Source: Selaginella moellendorffii (lineage: Eukaryota > Plantae > Lycopodiophyta). From it: a DNA stretch of 64,000 nt. The DNA is taken from the NCBI RefSeq assembly GCF_000143415.4, contig NW_003314266.1, positions 3,098,607-3,162,606 of the forward strand. Reading direction: 5' to 3'. Below, piece by piece: positions 1 to 13,572 of the stretch. Position 1 is the first letter of the stretch, and the number at the start of each line of letters is the position of its first letter. Position numbers and translations under genes: made by a program. The notes under the pieces were generated by a model that saw only the letters and a list, made by a program, of their open reading frames with translations, did no database searches and was not told the DNA's origin.

Positions 1-519
1 CAGGGGCTCAAGATCACGGGCGTTGACTTTGCCGACTTGGTCAACTTAGAGCTGACCGGGAGCCAGCGCAAGATCATGTCGAGTTCCATCCCATCGGCAC
101 CAGCGCGTGGGAGAGCGTGCAGCCCAGGTACCATCACTTCAACGAGCTCCTCCTGGTGAATTGCCGGATGAGGATGCAGCACATCCACGGGGACGGGATC
201 ATCGACAGCCAGCCCGCGCAGGCTCTTCTTCCAGAAGATCCTGAGTTTCCGCCCGATGCTGTTCGTGCAATCGGTGCTCCACGCTGATCTGAGCTCGCCT
301 TCTTCATCCAGCGCTTCGAGGGCACTTCTCGGCGAGGATGGGAGCTGGTCGATAAGAGGCACGATGGGCACACGCGGGTGGAGCGGCTGTTGTCTCGCCT
401 GGGGCGCAAGGTTGCGGTTGGTCAAAGAGGTGTGGAGTGGGCACGAGAGCTTCACGTCTTTCTTAAACCTATTTTTGCGTCACGAGAACAATATACCAAA
501 GGTGGTAACGGGGTACCAA

Positions 520-810
520 GATCGAGAGAGTGTAAAGACTCTGCTCGCTCGTGAATGCTTCGGCTTCCATGGCGATCATGGAGCGTCAAGGCCAGCTCCA
601 AGCACGCTTCTGCTTCCACTTAGATCTCGACAGAGTGTCAAGACCCTGCTCGCTTGTTTCTCACCAGCTCCAAGCACGCTTCGGCTTCCATGCAGACCTC
701 GACAGAGTGTCAAGACCCCGTGTCGCCTGTTCCGCCAGCTCCAAGCACGCTTCAACTTCCATGGCCAGCTGCAACACTTCCTCTAGAGCCCGCTTCAGCT
801 TCCACACCCG
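520..810. repeat. Degenerate tandem repeat, ~68-bp unit
   Basis: Recurring gagtgtcaagacc...ccagctccaagcacgcttc.gcttcca, 3-4 copies. Confidence 0.8.
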
Positions 811-1973
811 TCCTTGAGCTAGCCCGTTTGAACTCCCTCAACCATGCGACGCAAGACCCTGCTTTATCACTTCTCAGCACACTCTCCTCCTAGCTTCTCG
901 TGTTTGAGCACTTCAGCTTCTCGGCCAGCCGTCACAAGACAACAGCTTCTTCGGTCAGCCGCTACGCCATAGCTGAAATCCCAACTGCTCCAAAAATTCA
1001 AAAAGCCGCCATGTCACGGGTCAGTCGCATCAAGTGTACAGCTCTCGTGAATGCAGAACTACCAAGGAGCAACTTTACGCAAGAGTAAGCTAGACTTATT
1101 TTGTCCTCGCTCACAAAGTACCGCACAGCATGTTACCTGGCACCACCCAATGAAAACGGCAATCAATTCAATGGGAAGCCACATGCCTCAACTTCTGGGA
1201 TTGTTATTCCATATGTGTGGGCGAAAACCCCTTCCTCCACGATGAAGACCCCATCTCTGTAACGCATAGCTGGAACTTTAAACCAAAGCTCCTCACTTTT
1301 TTCCGACCTGTGACAAGACAAGAAGCTTTGCAAGCTTTGCAAGATCGACACAAGAGCAAGCAAGACGCCCATGGGAAAGACAGTCAAGTGCACAAACCCA
1401 CAAAGAACGAGAAGAGCTTGCGCCCCACAAATCAACCCTCATCCTCGGTCTCAAGAGCAAGCTCCAATACTCATTGGCACCACAACAAGACCAAGCAAGC
1501 CCGCGTGCCTCTCACAAACCTCGTCGCTGGAGCATCGGGAGCCACATCTGTCCTTTCTCCCCATTCTCCACGATGCAACTCCGCCTATAAGGTTATCTCC
1601 ATCGTGACAAAAGCCTCGACAACCCGAGGCAGCAATTCGGCATCGTTATGACCATGGACCAGCTCAAGAAGTTTTGCCGCAAGTACGGCAACCTTGGCAG
1701 TATGGCAAGACAAAAGAAACAAAGAGAAGAGCATTCTTCAAGGATCTCAAGCAGTGAGAGAAGGCAGCATGTGCCAAACTAACAAGTTCAAGTAGCTCAA
1801 CCGTTGGACTTCACTTCAATTCCTATTGCGGAGTCAGCTGGCAACACCTTGGACAGATTCCCCTCCCAAGCAAAGGAAAAAGTCAGAATTACATCAAGAG
1901 CCAAAGCATGACAAATCCCCAAGCAAAGAAAGAAGTCTAACAAGCAAGCAAGCCAAGTGGTTGACCACTCAAC

Positions 1974-2123
<150 letters not shown>

Positions 2124-2679
2124 ACAGATCCAAGAACAAGTCACCAATTCCAAACTAAGATATACTCTTCACATCTTATGCAACTTGAGAAGCAGGTTGC
2201 AACTGACAAGGTGAAGTGTTCATCAGCCAAGATCACTGCTACAATCAAGCCATAAATCAGCTCACTAACGCCAAGCAAGGAGCACAACAGAGCAAGAAGG
2301 AACAAGGAACCATAAAGAGAAAGAGGACATGATTAACAAATATCAAGCCAAAAATTATTGCCAAGAGAGGCCAAGAGTACTGAAACCAAGAAGAGCTAAG
2401 TAGACCAAGAGCAAGGTGAAGTCTTCTAAAGAGTTGTATGAACAAAATTCAAAAACCCTTTCATTATACATCCATCATGGGCACTATCAAAACAACATAT
2501 TATCTTTTCTGTTACAAATTACAAAGTTGAAAATGTGTATTATTATCCTCACTGTTACATGAAATATCATGCATGAGGATAGTTATAATAATCCATATAT
2601 GTGATTGTTAGGGAAAAACATTATTATTATTATTACACATTAATGTTTACATTTTAAAAATCTTTTTTCTTCTAAAAAT

Positions 2680-3063
2680 TTATTGACATTCCTGAAATTC
2701 CACAGTATGCCCAAAATGTGTGAAACAACCTTTAAAAGACCAATTATACCAATCACCCCAACCTGTAGTGGTATATTTTGCTGTACCAGCAAAAATTATT
2801 ACTTGATACTCATCATAATTCATTTTGAAATTATCAGTTTGTAATATTGGATTAGGATCTACTCTTTCCTTAAAATCATTTTCATGTGTTTTATTGTGTA
2901 TAAATATATTTACCTTTCTTTGATGTTTTGAGCTGTAATAATCTAATTTACACTTCATAACTTTCTCTAAATTTATGTTCCAACAATGACCAAAAGTTTG
3001 AGCAAAATTAATAGTAATAAAATTTAGTATTAATAACATGAAGAGTGGATAATAAAAGCCCAT
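2680..3063 (-). CDS. Small secreted protein, YvgO-like, intronless
   Basis: 127-aa ORF kept open in very AT-rich DNA; hydrophobic N-terminal signal peptide; C-terminus YQVIIF..TAKYTTTGWGDWYNWSFKGCF...GHTVEF parallels the recalled YGIWVF..G.F.N.GDGGWINWAFRG.F..DG..V.F motif of Bacillus YvgO-type proteins. Confidence 0.6.
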   Translation of the reverse strand: MGFYYPLFMLLILNFITINFAQTFGHCWNINLEKVMKCKLDYYSSKHQRKVNIFIHNKTHENDFKERVDPNPILQTDNFKMNYDEYQVIIFAGTAKYTTTGWGDWYNWSFKGCFTHFGHTVEFQECQ

Positions 3064-6000
3064 AGATTTTACTTAATTTACTATACTTCTAATTATTATA
3101 TATAACAAATAAGTAAATTATAAAAAATTAAAAAGTAAAGGATTTTTTAAAAATACTTTTTATATATCATCTTTACAAAATTTAAAAACATAGAGTAAAA
3201 GTTAATTATAATTTATTTTTTAATAATACTTTAATAAAGTAGTGAATATTATTATTTTAAAAATATTAAATTTAATATTTATTTAGTTACTTTAAATTAT
3301 CTTTATGATCTTATGAATATGTTCTTTTTATTGTTTTATGATTTTCTGAACCGTTCAACCAATAACTTTTCATGAACATATATAAATATTAAGATTGGTA
3401 TTAATTTCATATTAAATAAGTATTAATTCTATTAATACTAAATTAATATTTTATATTGAAAATTAAAGTTTTAAGCTTAGTTTTAAAAAAATTAGACTTT
3501 TTTTTATCTCCTTTCATACTATAAAGAAGTTGATTACACTTTAAATACTTTGTAATAATATTTTAATGTAGGTATTTTATTTATTTATCTGAATTAAGAA
3601 CACAATTACCATATAAATTTTATTTCTTTGGAATTACTAATAAATTTTTTTAAATTACTTAGAAATTATTTTAATATAAGAATGAAAGAATATAATTTAT
3701 TTTCCTTATATTTTTTTTGTATGAGTTTTAAAAAACTTCTATAATGCTCTATTGTTTTTACTATTCTGTAATTAATTTTATAAAAAATAGTATAATTATT
3801 CTATTTCAATACCTAACACAATAATTATTCTTTAACTATAATCATCTTGAACTCAAAACTTATGTAACTTTAAAGGCTATTAATGAATCAAAACTTGGAA
3901 TGGAACATATGGCTTAAAAACCCTAAGTTAACCGGATCATTTTCTTAGAATCTCACCTAACAGGGTGCAATCAAACATTAAGCTTTTTTATTGTTTGTTG
4001 TATAGCACACTTGAATTTAGAGTTGAACTCTAAGTTTATTGTGCTATGAAATAAAGGTTTGATACACTTTCAATCTTATGGGCATTAGCTCTCTATATTT
4101 ATAACATGAAGTTTAGGCTTAGACCCAAACCAACCCAAACCAACCAATGGAAACTAAATTAATATTTTAAATAGTTGGCCATGCTTTCAACCACTATCCT
4201 TATTATACATTTGAAACTACATTAGCATATTAATGGCCTAATGTGAGGAGGTGGGTACCTTATTAATTAGCACAATATGGAGTTTGGGTTTAGACCTAGG
4301 TTGGATGTATAACAAGGAGTGACATAGAGTTAAATTAATATTTTAGGTGGTTGGTCATGCTTCAACCACTATAATAGACATGGTAAATTATCACATAACA
4401 ATATTGACTCAAAATCATAGGGGTTTTCAACACTAACAAATGCAAGTTAATAAGTAAATTTCTTTAGCCAGGTCAAATATGTTTAACTAATAGTATTTAG
4501 GAATTATGTCATTATACTCACGATGACTAGTTTCTCAACTAACTTAAGTGGAGACCATGAAAAAAATTAACAATACCAACATTCTGCCATTGTGGTAATA
4601 AAGAGAGAATGTCCATAAGATTAACTTACAAATATCTTTTGATATTCAAACTTACATATGCAACATGCTACCAAGATCCTAAACTACCACAATAGTCTAA
4701 TGACCAATCTTAGCTTTCATGCCCTGGAATAAATCCAATTCTAGTGCCATCTCCTTCCTCCTCTGCTGTGAGTCTTGATGGATCAAAACCCAAGATGTAC
4801 ACTGTGGTATAATCAGTGTTTTTTTATGTATATTCTTATTGTATAGTGATTTGCAGATGAATTATAATATATGGTAAGCAATGTGTATGCTACATCCAAG
4901 CCATATCTCATGAGAGAGAACAACAAGATCACAAGTGTCACTTGTACTGTCTCAGAAGGTGTAATGAACAAATTTGTCACTCAAGCCATGTGACATGGAA
5001 TACTTGACACATAAGTTTAGCAATGCTTCCTGATCTCTCACGGACACAGCCCAATTGCTCTCTACTTGCTACTAGTAGCCTCATGACACAAAACAAGCAG
5101 CACATCTGACCAAGCCTTTTAGCACACTGCAGATGCCAACACAGGATGTTCTACTCCAAGTAGAACACACTGATAGAAACACATTTGTTATTTAAACAAA
5201 AGAACCCATAGTGAGTTCATATGCTTTTAAGCCCAAGAAATGCTATCTGGGGTGAGGCCCAGCATAACCCTCACTCCCATTGCTTTCCAGGATCTTATAC
5301 CTCACAAGCCCTAATCCACCATCTCTGATCTTATAAACATAATGGGTTCAGCTGGTTGATCAATATGCTCAATTGAAAGGGCAATGATTGCAAGTTGACT
5401 GCTGCAGCAATTTCCTGTGGCTCAAGAGTGGCATTGATTTGCTTTGTGGCATTGATTGCTAGAAATTTTACCTTGGACAAAGTGGAAAGCTTGATAATAT
5501 TACAATCCAAGGTGGCAAAGTTCGTATCTAGTTGTGTGTGCCTGGTTTGGCAATGCGAGGCCTGCCTTGGCAACGACTTCGTCACGTTTGGAAGAACAAG
5601 TGGCCTCTGGTTCTCCCTTGTTCTTGCTTTGAATGCTCTTGCTTGGTTTAAGCTTGAGCTTGCCATCATGCATTAGCTGGAGGCAAGCTTCGAATCGAGC
5701 TAGTGCTGGCATTAGATCTGTGAAGTAAACACATGCAAGATCAAGCATGTGAAATCCATCCAGGAAAAAAACAAGTAAAAACCTCTATGGTTTGGTGAAG
5801 TTGCTACCGGGTTGTTGAGGTGACAAAGCATTCTACAGTGCTGAATGGCGACACCAACAAATTTTGAATGATCAACATTTGGAGCGAAATCAGCAACAGT
5901 GAAGAACCATGGCATGGGGCATGTTTTCGAGTATGAGATTGTCCTGCATGCCACTGACATTTCGAAAGAGCTTGTTTCTTCAAAGGCAGCACTAGCAGGT

Positions 6001-8264
6001 CATGTGGCCACTAACAGCCCTGGGTGATATTGGGAGAGCTCTATGCAAGGCTTAAGAAGGTTTTGTCTATGTTGTTCGGGGAACAACTGGGCATGAGGAA
6101 ATCAATTGGAGAGTGGATGAGCTGGAGAGTAGGAAAAGGCAATGCTAACACTGTCTTTTGAAATGTGTAGTTGTCTACATATTGTTTGATAAAAAGTCTT
6201 TGGCCCAGGTGCTTGATCTTGGGGATCTTGGGCAGCCCAAGGGATCTCGCCTTTGTTACCAAGATCAAGTGCCATGAGCCTGAGAGTGGGAATTCCTGGG
6301 ATGGGCGGCTGTACGGCCGATAAGACAAATTTTTCCAAAATTCAATGTTTGAAAGGTAAGGTATAAATATTGATAAAATATAATACACTAAAACATTAAG
6401 AGAAGCAATGATAGCCCTTCAAATTAAAATGAAATCTAGCTCATTCAAAATGAAAGGTGGCAACTTCTCATTGAGACTCTACCTTTCAGCTCCAAAATAG
6501 GACTTTTAGTTAGATGGCTTTTTCCGGTCCCACGAGCTCTAGGCCACGCATGCGAGCTTGGAGCAGTAGCAAGGATGCTCCAACTGTGCTTGGAGATAGG
6601 GAGTTTTGGAAATCAGAAATCGTGGTGCCAGTTACTCTAGTGCTGGATCCGAGAACACCAGGACCTGAGGGTTGCAGCACACAGTGGCAGTGAAAGAAAA
6701 ACCACACCAAGGCCCCAAAGTGCAAGCAAGCCACCATGTTGAAGTTTGCTTGCCTACTGAGAGTAACGATCTCACTACTAGTTGTGCGACTACTGCTCTA
6801 CGTGATCTATTTGCCCACTGTCAAAAGATCGGCTGGAAAGAATTGCTGGAGGTCAAATTCTAGCTAAGTGAAGGCACGCTGTGTGCTTCATGGAGAACTA
6901 AGGTTGTGTGCGCAAGTTGTGAATGTGGCTTAATTTCTTTAATGAAAAAGGACTATAAAATCAATTGAACCAAAAATGGAAGAGGAAAGGAATTTTTAGC
7001 ATGTCTCTCAAATCTATGTTCTTGATGTTCTTGAGGGACTTTTTTGTTGTAGGACTATTAGGCAGGAAGCATCTTACTCTCACTTAGGGTTATGTGCCTC
7101 TGGTTTGGGTCTACTATAGTTTTTCTCTTTTGAGTCTTCAGGTTTTTCTTTGCATGCAAAAACAAGAATTGAGTATTATCAGGAAGTCATCTTCTAATTT
7201 TTCCTTGGATGCCGATGCTACTTGCATGAAGATATTATATATATTCAATTTTTTTATTTACTTTAGAAAAAGGGGCCCAGAATATCCAATATCCTTCAAT
7301 CTAACGGCTCTCTAATTCATTTATAATCAATAATACTTAAGAGGTATAATGAAATATTCGTGATTGTTTTTCAAACCAAATTAGGGTTCCTTGAGCTCTC
7401 CTTAGCATTCTCGACCAATTCAGCAATCAATGATCATTTGAAGCAGGAAATGATAAATCACAAGGCAGATATTAGCAACCACACAGTCAAAGGGCTCCCC
7501 TTTTAGGTGGTGATGAGAGTGGCTTCTGAGCTACCAATAAATCATCAATGAGGAACTTTGGTCTTCTTTTTATTATATGGCTGCTCAAAACACGTAATTG
7601 GATTGTTTTATTTTTTCTTATGTGTTAATCCAGACATGCATTCTAAACCTAATATCTACCACTAAAACAACATTCTTTAAATACTACTAAGTGATAGTGA
7701 CCATCTGTTAAACATTAAATTCAATTTGAAGCTTCCAATTTATAATAATTTCAACATTATAAATGCATAATTTTTTAAAAAAAATTAATAAAAATACTTC
7801 CCTTTATTTCCCATGACAAGTGACATCACTTTTATATCTAAGATCACTCAAAATATCATGACCTAACATCACTTACCATAAACAAGAAGTAGATTTTAAT
7901 GTTCTCGTGTTCCATACTTTCGTACTTCACTCTCTTTTATGTCATCAGTGGCACATTGTCAAAGTCAACTTTGCTCTTCACAATGAACTTAATCATTTGA
8001 GCATACAAAAACTTCCTCATGGATAACTGCTCGTAGAAGGCTTTGGCTCTGAAGGCAAGCTCGAAAGGGCTGTTCTTGGGCTCCACAGGGCTTGGTAACG
8101 TGCACATCGCAAAGGGTGTAAGAACCAAGTTGCGCTAAAGCTTCAGACCATACATAAGAAGTACATCGTGGCCAAATCCTTGCCTTTTGCCTTGAGCACG
8201 TATATGCTTTTGATTTGAGGGGGAAACCACCAAATCTGGGCCGTCAAAGCTCCCAAAAACTCCA

Positions 8265-9633
8265 ATGGAGGTGTTCTTGGTGATACTCGCGGCTTCCATC
8301 GTATCCTCCACAGCGAGGGCTTTTTCGTCTTCTCCTCGATCACCACCTTTGCAGCACTGTCCAAGCGCAGTCTTCTGGTTTGGAGATTCTTTCGCAGACA
8401 CTGGAAACGCCCAAGCGGCATCTCCATTCATTAGCGCGGCCGAGTATCTACCATATGGAATGACACACTTTGGAAAGCCTTCGAATCGATATTCTGATGG
8501 TCGCCTGGTGACTGATTTCTTCGGTAAGAACTAGAGCTTTTTCCTGTTCTTGCCATTGCTGATACTTAGTTCTTCCTTCCCAATCTCTTCTTTGGCAGCT
8601 CAAGCTTTCCGGCACAAGAGCTCGCCCGGTCCTATACTCCAGAGCCTCAACTCAAACTACGAGCACGGGATCGTCTTTGCGGTGTCTGGAGCCACGGCTT
8701 TGAACACGAGTTACGTCGTCCCATTCTATCTCCCTGTCCAAGTCGATCAATACCTTCGCTTCGTCAAGGATGCGTATGGAAAGCCTCACCATCACCATGG
8801 TAGGATCCTGTTCTCTCGAGCTTGGTTTCATCTTTCCATCTCTGCCAGATAGAAAAACCAAGCTTCCTCGAAAACTTCGCAGTGTACTACACGTCGTCGT
8901 TGTCGGCACCAATGATATCTTCGGTGCTTACATCCGGAAGCTAATGGACCCCGGCAACGTAACAGTGGTGATCGTTCCACAGGTCGTCCAAGCGATTTCT
9001 CACGCTATCCAGGTACGTCTTTCCTTTGACACCACAAAAAGCTCTTGACTCCCTCGGATGATAACAGACACTGTCCGATAGCGGTGCGAGCCAAATCCTG
9101 GTCCTGAATTCTTTCCCTCACGGATGCATGCCTTTGATACTTAGCGTGTTTGGAGACCTGCCCAAGGACTCGCGAGGATGCCTGTCACCTCTTAACGAAG
9201 TTGCCGAGGCCTTCAATCGCTCCCTCTACAAGCTTGTCCAGGATTTGAGTTCCAAGCTCAAGAACACCCTCCTCCTCTATGCTGATGCCTTCAAGTTCAC
9301 TCTAGACGTAATGGACAGGCCCACCGACTTTGGTACGTTTCTCTGTCACTTCGAGCAAGTCTAAGATGATCACGTCGAGCAGGCTTTAGAAACGAAACCA
9401 AGACCTCGGCTTGCTGTGGAACTGGCGGGGCTTACAACTTCAACTCAACCAAGCTCTGTGGCAAAGACTTCCAACCCGAGAGCACCACTCTGAAGCCGTC
9501 CGAGTTCGTCAGCTGGGATGGCATCCACTTTACCGAAGCTTTCTACGAGCACCTGTCCAAGGCCCTGCTCACTGGGAAGTACCTGGATCCCCCTCTCGAC
9601 TTCTCGGAGGTTTGCAAACTTGGCAACGTGTAG
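8265..9633 (+). CDS. GDSL esterase/lipase, 5 exons (approx. 8265-8523, 8599-8799, 8849-9012, 9068-9332, 9383-9633)
   Basis: Signal peptide; FGDSFADTGN, GKPSNRYSDGRLVTDF, SGATA, GTND and final-exon WDGIHFTE motifs; GT-AG introns. Confidence 0.95.
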
Positions 9634-9656
9634 CTCAGCTCAGCCGGAGAAATAAG

Positions 9657-11784
9657 TTACGCTCTCTTCTTTTTCATGTTCCGCCACTTGTCCTTGAGAT
9701 CTTGGCCTGTTCTACTGGGATGAAACTTTCCCATGCCGAATTGAAGTATCGTTGTCCACCTGGAGCCGTACTGCTGATAGCCTTTCTGGAAACAGTATCA
9801 AACGTTACAAAGAATAAATATCTCATCGTTTTGAATACCCTGAGTGTTTCTTCTTCCAGTGAGTTCCATACCATCTTCTTGCGACGGACATTAGGAATCG
9901 ATGCTCTTCCACTGCACGAAGCATGTTAAAGAATAGGAAAAAAAAGTGAAGCGAAAGCATAGTTTACTTGGAATTCGTTTTTCGTGGATAATCACTGTCG
10001 TCATCGTCCTCGTCATCTTCTTCATCCGAGCTGCTGCTTCTCGCACGGTGTTTCCGTGCGTGAGCTTCATCTTTCGAGCCCGACGGTTCCTCAACTTTGA
10101 GTTGAACTTGATGTTCCACCAGTTTCTCCTTTTCCTTGTCTTCTACTTGCTTAAGTACTTGGTACGATGCTGTCAAGCTTTCAAGCTCTTCTTTAGCCCG
10201 GTCAGCTTCTAACTGTGCCTTGGCAAGCTTTTCCATGGCTTTCTTGTACACACACTTCGGACAGGACCAGCGTTCTCCTTCACGAATCTGCTCTCTTGCC
10301 ATGCACTTTGGATGAAGAGCAATCGGGCAGTCGTCACAGCGGACTAGTTTGCCTCGCAGCTCGCACATGTAGCATTTGTCCGAGTCTTTAGCGCGACCGT
10401 CTTCAATGTTCTTCTCTCCTGTCTCCAAACTTTCACGACCATTCTTGTCGACTGTTTTCGGGCCCTCAGGATCATCTTCATCCACTGCCTTCGAGCCTTC
10501 ACGGCCATCCTCGTCTTCTTCAAGGCCATTTTCAGCAGGCCTACCTTTCTCGACCACCTTTGAGCCCTCTCGGTCATCGTCCGAGTCCAAGTTTATAACT
10601 TCTACCTCATGCATCCCCTTTCTTTGTTTGAGCTTCGGCTTAACGTCTGAAAGGGATAGTTCATCGTCGTCCTCAATTAGCATCCTCCTCTTCGACCTGC
10701 GTGTGCTGACATTCCCACTGTGAATGATCTTAGGAGCTTCGAAAGGCTGCTTTTCTGGCGGAGCCGACGGTGTAGCGTGATTCTCTGTCCCCCTTTCCTC
10801 CACACTGTTCTTCTCACCTTCGCAACTCCCTTCCTGAAATTTTGCGTGCTTTTCTGGCACTGGCGGAGCCGAGGGTGCAGCGCGATCCTCTGTCCCATTT
10901 TTCTCCACACTATTCTTCTCACCTTCACAACTCACTTCCTGAAAGTTTACAGGTTGCAGCTCCAAGAGATGATAAAAAGAAAAGACTTACATCGATGCTT
11001 CCTCTTCGTGGGGGAGATTTGAATGCCTTGTCCGGGGATCCGTCAATCACCACTGTGGTGTCCTCACTCCCGACGGACATATGCCTCGGAGACAAACGTT
11101 CCGGTGGTACCCCATCGTTTTGCTCGTTTTCTTCGTCGACTGGAGGCATGCCTCTTTGCTGCTGCTGCTGCTGCTTCTCCAACGACCTTGCTACAGGCGG
11201 GTAAAGCCCATTCGTATAGTCATCAGCAATCTATGGAGGAGAAAGATAAGAAAAGGATCCCAAAGTTTGCTAAGAACATCCCAAGAATTCACGAAGCCAA
11301 AAAATCACCTTGTCTAGAACAGGAGCTTCCAAGCCTTGCCTTTTCCTTTGGACGAACCGGAACAACTCGGTCCTGGAATTGGCATCACCAATCTAGGTAG
11401 AAACGAGCGTGAGCTTTGGGAGGAAGAACGAAAACAAAAAGAAGAAATGAAGGAACGAACGAAAAAAAAAAATCACTTGCCAGTTGAAGCATGCCGCTAA
11501 CTTCTTCGTCGGGGGACGCCAGCGCCAAGATAAGCTCCTCTGCGCCGCAATCTCGATCCAAAATCTCTTCCGAGACTAGCATCTCTTGGAGCTGCCGCAG
11601 CGCCAGGCCCTTGCACAGCGATGGAATCGCGGCAGCATTGGGAACGTACACTGCGAGCTCTAGAATCCGAGAGCGTGAGCGACGCGAGAAAGAAGATCGC
11701 GCAGTGATTACCTCGCAGCGTCTCGGTGGAGACATCGGGCTGCCGCGCGAGTTTGTCCAGTATCCATTCCCAAGGAAGCGCCAT
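9657..11784 (-). CDS. TRF-like protein with PHD finger and C-terminal telobox Myb domain (multi-exon)
   Basis: N-terminal WEWILDKLA / LRQLQE motifs; PHD CYMC..CDDC..H..C..W.CPKC (~10250-10380); last exons read VWNSLEEETLR|KGYQQYGSRWTTILQFG..F...RTGQDLKDKWRNM, stop TAA at 9657-9659. Confidence 0.85.
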
Positions 11785-11822
11785 TTACCCTAAAATTCAT
11801 TTGCCCAAGTTTTAGGGTTCTT
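11785..11822. promoter_or_regulatory. 38-bp head-to-head intergenic region with two inverted telo-box-like motifs
   Basis: accctaaaa (11787-11795) and ttttagggt (11810-11818) are exact reverse complements. Confidence 0.55.
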
Positions 11823-12745
11823 ATGGCGGCGATGGCGATGGAGGTGGATGCTGCCCCGGCGCCAGCGGCTGGAGAGCCGGATCTACCTCCAATGAAGGTG
11901 AAATTCGAGCCGCTATCAGCTCACGAGATGCAGGGAGGGAAGGTCCAGTTTAGAAGAATTGCGGTTCCTTCGCACAGGTACACGCCACTCAAGAAGCACT
12001 GGCTAGACATTTACACGCCCGTGGTGGAGCAGATGAAAATCGACCTTCGGATGAATCTTAAGGTAAGCGCATTCTCTCCTTTAGGAAGATTTGCTTCATT
12101 GCTTGCAAAGAGTTTCCTTGGAACTTGTTTTGATCGGTCGATAGTTTTTTCTTTCTTTGGCCTTCTTTTCGGTGCCCGAGTGGATTGCTTCTAGTGCTTC
12201 ATTGCTTGTTTCTTTGCAAACCATTTCCATATCGTTCGTGTCCGAGTGGATTGCGGCTTCGATTTTTTACTAGACAAGAAGATGAGATTTGAAAGAACTC
12301 TCCGATGTTTTCTCTTTTGCAGACTCGCAAAGTGGAACTCAAGACGAAGAGAGACACTCCAGACACAAGTGCCCTCCAAAAGAGCGCCGATTTCATCCAC
12401 GCTTTCCTCCTGGGCTTCGACATCGCCGACGCCATCGCGCTCCTCCGCCTCGACGACTTATACGTGGACTCGTTCGAGGTCAAGGACGTAAAGTCGCTCA
12501 AAGGCGACCACCTTTCGCGAGCAATCGGCAGGCTCTCCGGCAAAGGCGGCAAGACAAAGTTCGCCATCGAGAACTCGACACGAACAAGAATAGTCATCGC
12601 TGACTCGAGAATTCACATCCTGGGAGCGTTTGCCAACATCAGAATCGCCAGAGACGCGCTGTGCAGTCTCATTTTGGGATCCCCGGCAGGCAAAGTCTAC
12701 TCCCGGCTTAGAACTATAGGGAACCGGCTGGCCGAGAGAAGCTAG
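11823..12745 (+). CDS. PNO1: PNO1/Dim2 KH-domain pre-rRNA processing protein (exons 11823-12062, 12323-12745)
   Basis: VPSHRYTPLKKHW, LRLDDLYVDSFEVKDVK.L.GDHLSRAIGR..GKGGKTKFAIEN, LILGSPAGKVY; GT-AG intron 12063-12322. Confidence 0.97.
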
Positions 12746-12957
12746 AACGCACAGCCAGGTCTTACCGAGCTCAAATTCAGGGAAAAAGGAGAGAGAAGCT
12801 CTGGTACGTAGCTACCATTTCAATGCATGCTTCTTGCGTTTGTTTTCGTGTTCTTTTTTTCTCGTAACGTCTTTTGCTCATAACACGTACGCTGCATGAT
12901 CGTGGCTTGAGCTATTTAATCTCCTTTTCCAGCAAGCTTCTCGCGAAAAGAAAAACA

Positions 12958-13572
12958 ATGGATCACCGCTACATCACTCTCGCGCTGCTCGCACTCGTCA
13001 CGCTCTCGAGCAAAGCCGGATCATCAGCTCTCAGCCATCTCGCAGCAGCGCGTCTCCGCCTCGCCGCCACCACCTCGGACGATCAAACCGCGGGAAACTC
13101 CAGCGTCAGCGACCAGGACAACGGCCTCCACGACTGTCGCGAGTTCTACATCCACGACATCCTCAACGGGACCGAGGCCGGGATGGAAGCCAGCGCTTAC
13201 TTGATCGCCAGGCCGGCCGAGTTGTTCGCCAATAACTTTGGAGCGATTCTGGTGATGGACGACAAGATCACCATTCACCCCGACTACAACTCGACCGAGA
13301 TTGGAAGAGCTCAAGGGACGTACACGGTTGTGAATCACTACGGCTCTCCCGAGCTGCTCTACGAGTTTGCGGCCGTGTTTAATGGCGGGGAGAAGATCTG
13401 CTTCTTCGGACACAGGCCGATCGACGAGCCAAGCTCCGAGTTAGCGGCGTTTTCGTGTGGGGGACACGGAAAACTCACGCAAGGCATAACTCTTGCTCGC
13501 TTCTCGGCCGTCTACTTCTCTCCCTCGGGGTTGAACGAGATCATTCGTGTAGTGATGTGTAAATTCATCTGA
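12958..13572 (+). CDS. Dirigent-like protein, single exon
   Basis: Signal peptide from ATG 12958; FYIHD, FGAILVMDDKIT, IGRAQGTY motifs. Confidence 0.88.
   Translation: MDHRYITLALLALVTLSSKAGSSALSHLAAARLRLAATTSDDQTAGNSSVSDQDNGLHDCREFYIHDILNGTEAGMEASAYLIARPAELFANNFGAILVMDDKITIHPDYNSTEIGRAQGTYTVVNHYGSPELLYEFAAVFNGGEKICFFGHRPIDEPSSELAAFSCGGHGKLTQGITLARFSAVYFSPSGLNEIIRVVMCKFI

Noticed and set aside
1-520. GC-rich coding-like sequence at the window edge
   Set aside because: Truncated; no frame gives a recognisable protein
4700-6900. Possible decayed minus-strand gene
   Set aside because: Short broken ORFs with no motif I can identify
12874-12957. N-terminal extension of the dirigent ORF
   Set aside because: Starts at a non-ATG codon; ATG 12958 directly precedes the signal peptide
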